A DNA stretch of 63,949 nt, the filler included, from Nemertoderma westbladi (taxonomy: Eukaryota > Animalia > Xenacoelomorpha), in the NCBI GenBank assembly GCA_032718475.1. It is 4 parts of 4 records of this genome, joined end to end, with 100 filler letters (N's around TTAATTAATTAA, not from the genome) between each part and the next. Parts side by side here need not be neighbours in the genome. Positions count along the whole stretch, not along the records: positions 1 to 23,636 come from JAUCBJ010005943.1; positions 23,737 to 42,889 come from JAUCBJ010005829.1; 2 more parts are not named here. One strand, given 5' to 3'. The notes under the pieces are model-generated. The model did not search any database. It saw only the letters and a program-made list of their open reading frames with translations, and was not told the DNA's origin. Shown one piece after another: positions 11,575-24,081 of the stretch (position 1 is the first letter of the stretch; each line of letters opens with the position of its first letter). The position numbers and the translations under genes are program-made.

Positions 11575-13330
11575 CTACTACTTCTAGGTTGAGCGAGCTC
11601 GGACAGTGGGAATGAGATCGATTCTACATAGTTGTCGCAATTTCGTTTCTCCCAAGTCTTGAATCCTTTTCAATTTGGTCTAAACATGTCATAGCCGGTC
11701 GTCCACGACTACGCTTTCCATGAGTTGGTTGCCAGAAAAGTAGATCTGGTAAGACCTCGTCTTTTCTTCTCCAGCAGCAGTGCCCACTGAATCTTAATCT
11801 GCGTTCACGGAGGGTGGTTGATACAGGTGGTATTGTACCCTAAACCTCGGCGTTTGTCATGTGTTGTCTCCAGCTGATGTTTAGGGCTGCCCTTAGTAGT
11901 CTTGTGTAGCAACCATCAATTCATTGTTCAAGTAATTTCGCCTTTGTTACCTCCGTATAACATTGCAGTTTACACTATGGCTCGAAAGAACTTGCGACAA
12001 CTCGTAGAAAGTCTTCTCCAGATGCCTGGAGAGGTCTGATTTCCCTGATGGAATCCATTTTTTTTAAACCTACCCAATACCTATGCCTTTGGTTTCCTGA
12101 CTCCTTAGTGGATCATCATTTCATGTGTTGTATTAGGTTTTGGTGGCAATTATATGCAATCCAAACTCCTTTTCACTTTGTTCATTTAGTAGTTGTGTTT
12201 GTGCATCTGCTAACGAAATAGAACGCAGGACGCAATGTCATTCGCAAACTAGTTGCCTGTGACTGTATAAGCAGGTTTTCTGTTGCTTCAGCGTTCTTGT
12301 AGTGTGATTCCCAGATCTTCTCCCTTTGTGGCCGTCCTCACATCTTAATTCGCAATCCAATACAATTATGAATAGTAATGGTGCCAATGTGTCGATTAAA
12401 AAAAGGAAAACACACCAACGTACCGACGTGTAGTCGGTACGTTGGTGTGATTTACGTGTTTTTAATAATACCTATATAGTATATATCCATTGATAAAGGC
12501 CTGTAAGCCGTAATATTTGGTATAACTTTAATTTTGTGTCACCTGAAAAAAGATCAAACTCCCCCACCACATTATTTAGTCCAAATTGGTGGTGGCTTTT
12601 CCCCTTTCAGCATGCGTTTGCAAATATCCAATAATGGTGTGTTCAGCACTCCTGTTTTCCAAACCTCTGTATAGGGATTTCATCTAACCCACTCGCTGTA
12701 TGATTGGACACGCTTTTGATGCTTCTTTGGAGTTCGGCAGGTGTAATACTAATAGTAATATTGATTATTTATCAAGCGCTTTTCTATGCTCGGCATTCTC
12801 AAAGCTTTTTATTATTATTCCCCAGCAATGCGAGGTAGTGTACAGTCCCAAGTTTCTGTGGGTAGCTCCTTGTCATATATTTTCCTTGTAGGACTGACCT
12901 CGATTTTTGATGGCGGCCAAAGCAAATTGCTAAAGTTATCTTTCCATTTCCCAATACGTTCTTCATGACTATCAGCTTTATCGGCGCCCCTTGGCACAAC
13001 TTTTCGTCCAGATACCCAATTTACAGTTTACCATGTAAGTCTTGATTGTTGCTGTCCTGTATGTGAGCTTTATCCTGAATGTACTCCTCTCTTCTGGCTG
13101 GTGTTGTTGGCCAATTTAAGATCTTCCTTAGCTTTTTCAACCTTATTAATGTTTTCGGCAGTTGGTTGTTCAGTTTTTACTTGTTCACTATGCCTCGCAG
13201 TTTAATCTTGCTGTTCCTCCACTTTTGTGGTGTTTGTTGATATCAGATAACTGTAGTTGTCGTTCTTCAAACTCTCCTTGATTGCTGCTGCCCAAGCAAG
13301 TTGCTGAAGCGTATTGTGGCGCAACAATGC
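11575..13330 (-). mobile_element. Degraded RTE-like non-LTR retrotransposon in the TOGARAM1 intron
   Basis: 3' end matches the 61554-61972 copy with a (TAG)n tail; RT remnant DTLAPLLFIIVLD near 12355-12395; many stops and indels. Confidence 0.7.
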
Positions 13331-13519
13331 CATAATTGTATCACTGTTTTTCCTCTCGCATAATTTATGGACATCCCGAAAATAATTTTTGGACGTCCCA
13401 AAATTAATTTATGGATGTCCCGAAATTATAATTGAGTCACCCATTACTACTCTGATTGGTTTGTTGATAGTCAGCTGATTTTCAGCTGATCACCTATGCT
13501 GTACATGATATAATAATTA

Positions 13520-13830
13520 TAACCAACTACACGAAGTGAGACCTTCGCGCAGCACGTGGCATAAACTTATGTTAAGTGTCAACTCGAAAGAATTACAAAC
13601 AAAATATAAGCAGATGTCCCCTAATCACTTTTACCACCCAGAGACTGCAGACGACAGAAGACCACACAAAACTCATCCAGAATATATGTGCCAGGTATCA
13701 ATCAGGAAGAAAGGATTATATACAATCATACAAAAGGGTTAAAGGTTTTCATTTCAGTCGTTTATAAAATGTTTTAATTTCAGCCCACTAGCGGTAGACT
13801 GGAGAATTGCCGAGGGATTACCGTCCTACA
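13520..13830 (+). mobile_element. Non-autonomous repeat of the CCTTCGCGCAGCACG family
   Basis: Aligns with ~51871-52013 plus 53004-53166; the same head motif recurs at ~56877. Confidence 0.6.
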
Positions 13831-14530
13831 AAGAAGCATCCAGTTTTATGTTACTTTGAACCGTGACGATTGAACCGATCTTACCCGCCTTTTGGACCGT
13901 TTCCTCGTGTTTTTACAAAAAACACACACCGCCACTCGATTCAGAGCATCTTGTTCCCCCTTATTCGATTGTTTCTAGCCCAACAATTTTTCGCGCACCA
14001 ACCATATTCTGCCACAGTAGAAATGATCTTTCCATAAGCGCCCCGTCGCATAAGTTTCCCGTCCAGATACATCTCATTTACAGTTTGCCAGATTAAGTCT
14101 TGACTGTTGTTTGTGAGGGAGAGAGAGCATTTGCCCTATACATTCACAGCTGGTGTCCGGACACCCCCCCCCCCCCCCGGACACTTCCCCCCGACAGTTT
14201 CCCCCCGTTCAAGTAGGACACCCCCCCCCCGGACAGTCCCCCCCCCCCCGTTCTAATAGGACACTTCCCCCCGGACACATTTCCCCCAGACACTCCCCCC
14301 CCCCCCCCCCCGGACACTTCCTCCCCGACTCTTCTTGATTTCGCACATTCGTATTTTTCATTTTGTAAGGTAAACGGACCGCTTGTATCCATTAAAAGTT
14401 GTATCCAATTTTCCTTTCTTAGCTCAGAAAGTGATCTTTTGCATCCCGATTTCACATTTTGTATCCAAGTTTTATTTATGGATTTAATCAATGCAATTAT
14501 ATTGTATTGTTTGCTAATCTTTAATCAATT

Positions 14531-15457
14531 AACTAGAAAGCCAGCAAGCGGGCGGGAAGGAGCCCGGGGGAAGAATCCTATTTACAAGACTATTACAAAT
14601 AAACCTTGTCGGTCAGCAGTAAGTAAACTAAACAATTGTCTAAACTATAAGGCGTGGGGCTAGCTGACTTTGTGGCTGTCCCACATAATAAAAAATGAAA
14701 CTTTGCTATGACAACACACCCGGTTCTTTTAAATTTGCGTGATTTGAGTTTTATGCTCGCACCACTATTTGTAAGAAATGTTAAAACTTATCTTACAGTA
14801 TGCCAATGTAGTAATGGTATTAAAATATAATTAAATTAATTTACACTATTAATGCTTCAGCTAAAAAATGATGCTAATCCTATGTAATAAAAAAATAAGA
14901 ATATTATTTTTAAGAACTTTCTACATATATCTATACAAAATAATCAGCCCAATGATTCGTGGAATAATAATATAATCCTACTGCAGTGGTATATTTTATT
15001 TTGTTTATTGACAACTCAACTATTTTCTGTCTATCCCTGAGAGCTGATAAAGGATGTGTAGACTCAGCCAGCAGCCAGCAGCAGGAGGGGTGTAGTCAAG
15101 AAATTCTGCCATTGATGGAATTCTATCTCAGACAGCCCTGCACTCAACCATTCCTACACAGCTAGCTGCTGCAGCAGCTCAGGGAGGAGTTGTTACTTTA
15201 CCATTGCTTTTAATTTCGCGACAAAATAATTTCAAAAAACGAAATATATCGAATACCACACATAGAATCGATCTGATATTTTGTAACGCGATTATGAACC
15301 ACCAAAGCAATTAATTTACTTTTAAAATTTCAACAAAATCGCCAGGCAGGAAGTGCCTGAACCTTGTTAATTATCAGTCAGTCAGTCAGTCAGTGTTATA
15401 CAGTATATCCTGAGATTTTTACAGTAAGTATCCCGCCTGTCGAGCGGGCTCCTAATT
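14531..15457 (+). mobile_element. Nested HINE/Helentron-like non-autonomous element
   Basis: Head AACTAG..GCGGGCGGGA, (CAGT)n at ~15375, terminal hairpin CCCGC-CTGTCGA-GCGGG; classification is inference. Confidence 0.4.
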
Positions 15458-15872
15458 AGATGACCTATAAATTCAATCCCCCGAATGAAATACAGTTTTT
15501 TTTTTTACTAAAGAGTTATAATAATTAATTGTTTTAATTATAGGTATTATTATCTAATTGTTTTCTTCAAATTGTAGCAGATGGGGATGAATATTATTGA
15601 TGCAATCAAAACTATACCTCTCCAGGGGAAAATCGACATGCGTCGACCTGTATTCTGTGTTCAGCATTTCATATTGAAGCTAATTAAATTTCCTGGTTAC
15701 TTGCGATATTTTTATTAGGATTTTGTTGAATTATATAATATTGTAGTAATTTTTATATTAATTTGGATAACATTCAACGCAGTTCTAATTTAGGCTTAGT
15801 CAATTTATTATCTGATGATACAAACACGAATTAATAATTTCAAAATGGTCTTAAAGTCTTTCACCACGGGCC

Positions 15873-16115
15873 AAGAAGCGGGGGTTTGGGGGCGGCAGCC
15901 CCCAATAAAAGAAGCGGGGGTTTGGGGCGGCAGCCTCCAACAAAAGAAACGGGGATTTGGGGGCGGCAGCGATAAACAAAAGAAGCGGGGGTTTGGGGGC
16001 GGCAGCGATAAACAAAAGAAGCGGGGTTTGGGGGCGGCAGCGATAAACAAAAGAAGCGGGGTTTGGGGGCGGCAGCGATAAACAAAAGAAGCGGGGGTTT
16101 GGGGGCGGCAGCCCG
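15873..16115. repeat. 35-36-bp G-rich minisatellite, about 7 copies
   Basis: Unit AAGAAGCGGGG(G)TTTGGGGGCGGCAGCGATAAACAA. Confidence 0.9.
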
Positions 16116-17797
16116 CAATATCTTGACTAATCTTGAAAATTCTTGACTAGATAAAACTTGTCCTGTAGCCATCTGTAATGTTTATGTAAATCATTGCTTT
16201 GATGCCAGATTAATTTTAACACTTTAACTAGGGGGGGGGGGGGGGTGGTGTCCGGCGGGGAAGTGTCCTACTTGGGCGTGGGGGGGGGGGAGTGTCCGGG
16301 GGGAAGTATCCTACTTGGGCGGGGGTAAGTTTCTCGGGGGGGGCACTGTCCGGGGGGGAAGTGACCTAGATCCACACAGCTCCATAAAGTTAGACGATAT
16401 TTCGCAATGTACCATAAAGTTGTAAAATATGACCCTCTATGACTGTGACATAATTAAGTACTCACTAATAAAATGTTTTTTTGCGATTGAAACATGTTAA
16501 ACATTGGCTGTTGTTAGTTCAATTTAAATGTTTCTATGCCATTAATTAAATACAATAAACATAACCATGTCGCCTATAATCCTATTGTGTAGCAACCGAG
16601 GTCTGGAAACATTTTTCTCTAGTAAATATCCACCGGGTTTGTCCCTGAAGGTATTCATACCGCATTGTCTAAGTGGGTAAGTGGGTTAACTGACACCTAC
16701 CTGGAATATCTTGGCAACTTCGATTCTTTAATCTCTTTGTTTCTATATACTTCACCCACACCTGGGTAGCCCAATGCATTTCAACTAATCAACACAAAAC
16801 ATTAATTATTTTATTATATCGCCTAGGTTGTATGGGAATGCCACATTTATAACTATTGCACCACCGTTTTATTTTATTGGCTACCTTTTGAGATTTGAAT
16901 GAAAGTTAATATTTGTTAAACTTGCTGAAGTTACTCGTGTGAGTATTTCATTGAATTTATATGGACACATGAGCTTTTCACAATGATAAATTATAATGAT
17001 GTGAATTCTTCTGAAATATCATACATATCATACCTTTAGTTCTTATTAAAATAAATAATTTTATTGGTCTGGACTCTGCAAGACATTCTTACTTTATTTT
17101 ACAACTTTTTTTTTACAGCGGCTTTATATAATTGCGGTAAGTTTTCGGTCGCAGTCGCTGCTCATGTAACACATAATGTATCCTGAGAGTTTATCCAATT
17201 GAGTTAACTCTTTCATCCGTGGCCTAAGGATACTCTACTGCTATTAGTCAGCTAATTCTCGCTTTATTAGAATCGTATATTTCTGGTTGATCGGGTTGTT
17301 GTGGGAGGGAGAGAATGTCTCACTGAATATGTAATATATTAATTTTGAGTTGCATTTTTTTATGTTATATAAGCCAATGCTATATAATGTTTTGTTTCTC
17401 TAGGTTACCTATTTTATTAAGCGGCTACAGTATCCATCGCTAAACCCACGAACTATTTTCTATTTTTTCAAACACAATTTGTAGGCCTGGTACTTTCAGC
17501 AACGAGTAACCTTCTGCATACTTTCTAACAATGTTCTATGACGGTACATAACTAGTTGTCTATTTTTAAGTTACTCAATTTAAAATATATAAACTTATCA
17601 TTTTCATATAATTGATAGTATTTGATTGCTTGTGGTATAAAGTTATTCGGAATTATCACAGGGACTTCGGTAAGTTCTAGCTAAAATGTAACATACAGAA
17701 TATTCTGGATATTTTTTCCAGAAAATTTAACTTAGTTTTTTTTATAACTTTGCTTTGAATGTCTACCAACCACATCTTTTATGGTTTTTATGTAATA

Positions 17798-18062
17798 CTA
17801 GCAGGCAATACCCGAGACATGTTACCCGGTATTTCCCGCTACCGGCATAGGCCTAATGGCGTACTGGTACCGGTATAGGCCTACTGACGTACCGGTACCC
17901 AGTACCGGTACCGAACGTGAATTAAACTTTTCGAAAAGTGGCCTATAACGACCGCTGGTTAAAGTTATACACACATGCCAAGTCCCAGCGCAATCCCTCG
18001 GCCCGTTTTGGAGGAGTTCGAACACACAGAGAGAGAGAGAATTTGATTTTTATAGGTATAGA
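17798..18062 (-). mobile_element. 265-bp non-autonomous Helitron-type element
   Basis: On -: A|TCTATACC...CCGGGTAACATGTCTCGG (imperfect hairpin)...CTGCTAG|T. Canonical TC/CTAG termini in an AT target, no TSD. Confidence 0.75.
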
Positions 18063-19149
18063 TGAAGTCGATACACTGAAACTTTGGTTGGGGTTTGGAA
18101 TGTTTTGGACAATATTGTCTAGAAGGAGATTTTCTCTTAAATATTGATATAAATTCCAGAGATGTAATTTGTTATTCCTTATTTGTCACCTTCAACCAAG
18201 AGATTTATTCGTGAGTTCGGCGTATCCAGGAATATGAGTTCTGTAAATCTCTATTAGGTCTATATACAAAAATATATTAAAAAATAATTATAATTTTTCT
18301 GTTACCCGGAAAACCCATTAGCTCCTTACTCGTAATATTTAACTTGGGTTTCTAAAAGACCAGAAATATCCTGCTATTTCTGGTCTATTTTTATACGTGT
18401 AAATTTTGTGTAACGTAAATGTGCAAGGATTTGTAATCATCTAACGATTTTGTTTTTACTATATTTTTTTGGTATAATATTTTAAATAATGTAATTATGG
18501 TCCTGATATTGTACTGAAACAACCCCCCCCCCCCCCCCCCCCCCCTTGTCAACCAATGAATGGTGTCAAGATAACATCAATCTAACATGCCTTTTATTAT
18601 TTATAACTTAAATTATTAAAACCGCCGATAAAAAGTCGATTCTAATTTATTTCCTAATCAACTACGTCAGAAGTCTATTTATTTATCATTATGCTCATTA
18701 TTCGGTTTTCGATACATTTCGAGTGAACCACAATAACTGTTTATTTTCTTACCCTTATATTTGTTCATAATTTATGCATCCCTTTCTTCATTCCATCACA
18801 TTCCATTAAACTCACATGAATTATTTACTAACCCGTGGAATGGTCATTAGATGCTCAACTCTTATTTATCTGCTTATCATTGTTAGAAGATAGTTGGGCA
18901 ATTAGCTTAGCCTTGGATATTGTTGACGTATAAAGTCGTTCTCAAGTTTTGCAGTACAAGTTTGTGGGGTAATTTTCTTCGTAGCATTAATCATGACGTG
19001 ATTACATTAAGTGTGCATTAATATTATAGAGTGCTGTCATTTTTAAAATACTTTAACATTACATACCTTTTTTTAATGTTAACATACAAACCCTTATGCT
19101 GATAATTAACTATAATTGCAATCAATGTATGTAGTTGATCATCCTGTGC

Positions 19150-19400
19150 TCAAGATGCTTTGCTGGACATTGCTTTCGCCGTGAGGACCAGTCAATTCAC
19201 AATTTTGTACTTTGGAGGGCTGCTGGAGAGAATAAGCATGATGGGCAGCCCATGACTTTCTTGAGACGCTTTCAAGGAAACTGGCCTTGAAGATGTGGAT
19301 AATCTCTCGAAAGTCATGCGGGGAAAGGAAGTTGCGGCGACGCTATTTTGACCTTAAGGCGGCATTGCTTTCTTAATGCAGCTGTAATAGATGCCCGTGA
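19150..19400 (+). mobile_element. RTE-like LINE 3' fragment (family of 45310-45796)
   Basis: Translates to FAGHCFRREDQSIHNFVLW and KHDGQPMTFLRR, matching ORF 45352-45690. Confidence 0.75.
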
Positions 19401-20899
19401 TATTTTATTTCCCGAGTTAATAAAGTCGAGAGTACAGTGAGAAACGTTGTATGTTTTTTTTTTGCCTTGTATTTATCTTGTTGATTGGCAAGTGCAATAT
19501 TATAATTGCATTACGATTTATTATAACTTTAGAAATTATTTATTACATATCCATCACTGCAATACTAATTAACTACTGTCACTAATTAATAATACAACAT
19601 TGTCCGTAATGTAGGCCTCACTCAGCACTTACACTGTATGTGTTCTGTCAACCGCATTGATCCTTGTTTTCGCTGCGGGAATATATTTTGGCTAAGCAAC
19701 CAATATTCCCTCCTACTCCCTAGCCAACCGTTAAATACAATCAAACACATATTTATGCTTTTATTATGTAATCCGCCCTACAAAAGGTTGCTCGCATACC
19801 TAAACGGATTTGTGGGTCAATAACTTTAGTGCGTATTACCTTTTCCACGCACTGGCGGCGTGACGTTAGTGAATGTGATATCTGGTAGGGATTCACACAA
19901 TACAGTGGATTCTATTTCTGAGGGTGCTCATATATCAATACTTGAATTACCAATTTTACTATTATGAGTTATTATTCTAAATCGTCCTAAGTACTTATTT
20001 GAACTGGGGGAGGGGGGGGGGGGGGGGGGGGGGTAAATTCGACAAAAATACTTATATTTCCGAAAAATATGATATAATTAAGTCGCATACAATATTAATC
20101 AGAAACACTTACAGTTACACCAAAAACAAAGCAAGTATATAAAATAATTTAATTCAAAATGATAGAAGCCAACTCTCAATATAACAATGGTATGGTTGTA
20201 AACGCTACGTCGATAAGTGGCAGACATTATTAACACTTGTTAATGATTAATTGAGGGAAAGGAGCAGGTTACGGTGAAAGTCCATTCTAACTAAATCAAT
20301 AAATGAGATCCAAGAATACAGTTGTTTACAGTTTCATATTTGTCTTTGTCGGGTATCGGGGTAGCGTTTACACCACAGTAATATTATTAGAAGAACAATA
20401 TTATCTGTTAACTTTTTAATTTTAAGGGGTTAATTGACACCGGTATATTAATCCGAGTTATGGGTGAAACAATTCAATATGCTTTCGTAACAAAGCCTCA
20501 TTAAAAATCAATAATTTATTGTTAATTATATTTCCTCTTGCTTGGCTAATAGAATAGCCAGTGACCTGTTAGTACCCACTCAGTATGGCTAGGTTCTACC
20601 CTATTATATTGAATGTCGATTATTCCTAATGGCTTTGTGAATATTGATGATGGATAATATATATTAGTTAAAAGGTGGAATTCGTAAATATAATTAATGT
20701 TCTGATAATAATTTTATTTGATGAGTTGAGTTTCAATATTATTAAATAAGCTACATTGCTAAAATCTTTACTCACTTCAATATAACTTAGATTTTACAAT
20801 TGAGGTTTATTTACAATTTGTGAGCAGTTTTTTATTGTAGACCAAATTATTTGATTTCATTAATATTTATTTTGCTATTATTTTCTTTTTTCCCTGTAG

Positions 20900-20969
20900 C
20901 TTGAAAGTGATACGCCATCTAACAGCGACATGAGGAATTCTTGGACCGACAATAATTCTGAACCACAAG
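20900..20969 (+). CDS. TOGARAM1: Predicted TOGARAM1 linker exon
   Basis: Strong polypyrimidine tract plus AG; open in phase 0 (LESDTPSNSDMRNSWTDNNSEPQ); AG|GT donor compatible with the next exon. Confidence 0.65.
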
Positions 20970-21070
20970 GTTCGTGGCCATTCAGTAATAATAAATTATG
21001 AATATATTCACTGATAATGTAAATATTAATTGTATGTTATAAATCCACTGATAATTGTATATATTTATAG

Positions 21071-21214
21071 GTTACCGACAAATATATCTCAATAGACTCA
21101 GGCTATCGCAGCAGGTGGACAATGGGAGTTCCAGAACAGGAGGTGCTAATCAGGGTCAAAGGTCAGATCGAAGTGGACTCACAGATGGCAGTAGTAGTGC
21201 ACCACAGACTAGAG
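21071..21214 (+). CDS. TOGARAM1: Predicted TOGARAM1 linker exon
   Basis: ttatAG acceptor and GTAAGA donor, phase 1-1; GYRQIYLNRLRLSQQ...APQTR. Confidence 0.7.
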
Positions 21215-22695
21215 GTAAGAGTGTTAGCAGCACAGTAAGCTCATCATACCAGTGTATATGCAACGTATTCATTGAATCAGAAGATAAAGACACGATATTT
21301 GTTTTTGTTGCCTTTTAATATTCTCCTATATATTTTTTATTAAATTTATTTAAATAAAATTAGGAAATTTACGGTAAGATTCAACTTCTTGTAGAATTAA
21401 TGTTGACACTTCTGTACAAATCACCTTGGTGTGCTAGTTATGGTCGCTACACCATAAGATCAGGCGTGAAAATAGTAGAAACATCATTAAAAAGTTCGTA
21501 TAAAATGTAAAGTTTATTCGGCCGTCAGATCTGGGATTACTCAAAGATTCTAACGACTTATTTCCGGTGCGTCCCCCCGGAACTATACTCCCCAGAGGAC
21601 ACTGTTACTCATATAGCTACCATTTAAGCATACAAGGCATATATGAGCTCTTGCTTTAAAGAATTCTTCCTGAAATGAAAACAATACTAAGGTAAAATTA
21701 CTGCGCCGACATGTACCATCTGATTTTGTAGAATGTTGAATTCGTTTTAAACCATTGAGTGTCTGACGTCATTAAAAGTATCATATTTATTACAACCGGA
21801 AACATTATGTATTACATACTTATACTATACTTATATACTTATACTTATTTCTACTCCTTCCAGGATTACTCACCCTGCACTCTTTACTTACAACAATACC
21901 AATGTTACAAATTGAATTATTTATTTGTTTGTTCATATACAATGCATTTAATATCTGAACATTGCCAAGTTTTACAACAAGTATACCCTAAGTACTTGTA
22001 ATATTCCTATTCATATTACCTTATTGTATAAATCGGTCAAACCGACTATTATAAGATGATCTCATCACATTCTAATCATGTGGGAATAATACCAAGGAAT
22101 ATAAATTCCGCGGCGACACTTCCAGTAAATACACCTAATTTGAATCGAATTAAGATATTGAACGAATGAGTACAGCTATAACTGTTCCTATGTTGTTAGG
22201 TTGTTGTTGTTAGGTCCTAACTTTTTTTTTAAGTATAACAACAATAAGTAAGCATATGTAAATGTATAATGTTTGACAAACGCGACTTTAGAGGGATTAA
22301 TTTATTAATGTATGCAATTAAATGGGATTATTGTTACACTACATACTATTTAATAGTCTAACGGTTAGACCTATTAAATATAAGTAAAAATAATCAGAAC
22401 TATTTCTACCTGAAAAACACACTTTCTCACTACAATTTGCCTAAAACGGCGCACGAAAGTGTACATGGGAAACAAATGGGTTTGCAAAAAGGGCTTTTTA
22501 TTCCATGTAAAAAGTAGTTTATTTTATAAATATTATCATTTTTTATTTCTTGGCTTGGAATATAACTATAAGTATATAAAAAGAATTTTAGTAAATATTT
22601 CACATTGCAAGCTGTTCTATTACAAACACTTGTAAACGCGCTGTAAATAATTAATTATTATGGTCTTCAACGTGGAATTATATTTATTTCTTTAG

Positions 22696-22848
22696 CTTTG
22701 GGTTTAGATGCCGATCCAGTACTGGCTCCGAGCGCACGCCGTGCTCTGTGGGGCAGAGAAGACGCTCGTAACGCCTCCAGCGGGTATATTCCATCCTACC
22801 TGGAACAGCCGAAACTCACCAAACGCGCGAGTGAACCAGCTGTCAGCC
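22696..22848 (+). CDS. TOGARAM1: Predicted TOGARAM1 linker exon (TOG3/4 exons not seen in window)
   Basis: tttctttAG acceptor and GTAAGT donor; in frame (ALGLDADPVLAPSARR...SEPAVS). Confidence 0.7.
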
Positions 22849-23636
22849 GTAAGTATTTTATAATAACAATTATTAATAATACACGTTCGTGTGGCCTTAC
22901 TTCGTGGCTCGCCCCATACCGATGCTCCATGCACCTTGAAGTCAATCAGTGGCGGGACTGGGAGATGGAATGCCAGACCGTCTAATGTTATATTTCCTTC
23001 AAATAACGTTTTTAAACGAATCATCATAGCAGAAAATTCAATTTTTTATCAAAGCTTATAAAGGATGCTCTGTACAGTGCTAATCTCCCTGTATCTCACG
23101 GCCTAGCGAGTGGGCTCCCATGCCTAACTAACAATGTTTCGGTTTACCAGTTGGTACTGCTGTCTGCCTCCAGCCGGAAACCCCGTGGATATACAGTTGT
23201 TAGGAATTCCCGCACTGTTGCCCAATAATCCCGGCGGTGTACCTTCCGGTGTTGGCGGCGCATCAAAGATTTAGGATGAGTGAGATCGCAATTTTAATTT
23301 TTACTCGAATCTTGCGTTGAATTACAATGAGTTGAGTACCATTGGTAATTCATGCGGATCACGGATGGCCTGTCGTTATCGTGCTCACAATGAGTAATTA
23401 TGTACCCGCAAGTAATCTGTTTAAATTATCCCCGTAGTTTGTCTACAGTATTGTCTTCTCGCTTAAACCTTACATACAGATCACAGCTAACAATCTTATT
23501 AGAATTATTATATTTCTTGAGGTATATTGCCGCGTATGTGGGTAAAATTGGACATACGTGGGACGCACCATGACCTACTATAATTATAATTATGATAATA
23601 AGTCATGGACCGACATATTAAAAGGGAATAAATAAT

Positions 23637-23736
23637 NNNNNNNNNNNNNNNNNNNNNNNNNNNNNNNNNNNNNNNNNNNNTTAATTAATTAANNNNNNNN
23701 NNNNNNNNNNNNNNNNNNNNNNNNNNNNNNNNNNNN
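23637..23736. other. Artificial contig-join spacer
   Basis: 44 N + TTAATTAATTAA + 44 N. Confidence 0.95.
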
Positions 23737-24081
23737 GTGAATACCGGTATACAGCTTACACTTATAGTATATATAAGTATAATTATGAACTAGAATTAAT
23801 TACAGAATACCGGTATGATTTCAGCTCAAATTTATAGAAATAAATATAATAAGCCTATGGTAAGTACCGGTATGTCAATTATTTTTAGAATAATTGAATT
23901 TCTGAATATTTTAAGGTTACTTGGTTACTTTAACTTACTTTATTACCGTTGTTTAAGCAGTAGTCCAACTGCTATTGAGACCTAATTGTTGTATGGCAGG
24001 CCTACTATTTATAAATCGTTTGAGTTGATTTATAATAGATATATACCCGTTTAAATGGGTTTTGTCAATATTTGAAATAAA

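Larger units (their letters stand above)
14151..16374. mobile_element. 2.2-kb TIR element with GC-rich subrepeated termini (Mutator/foldback-like)
   Basis: GGACACTTCCCCCC-type repeats at 14151-14330 are inverted at 16230-16374; flanked by direct repeat CACAGC (14145-14150, 16375-16380). Confidence 0.7.

Noticed and set aside
23681-23692. TTAATTAATTAA as a biological motif
   Set aside because: Centred identically in all three N-runs, so it is synthetic.
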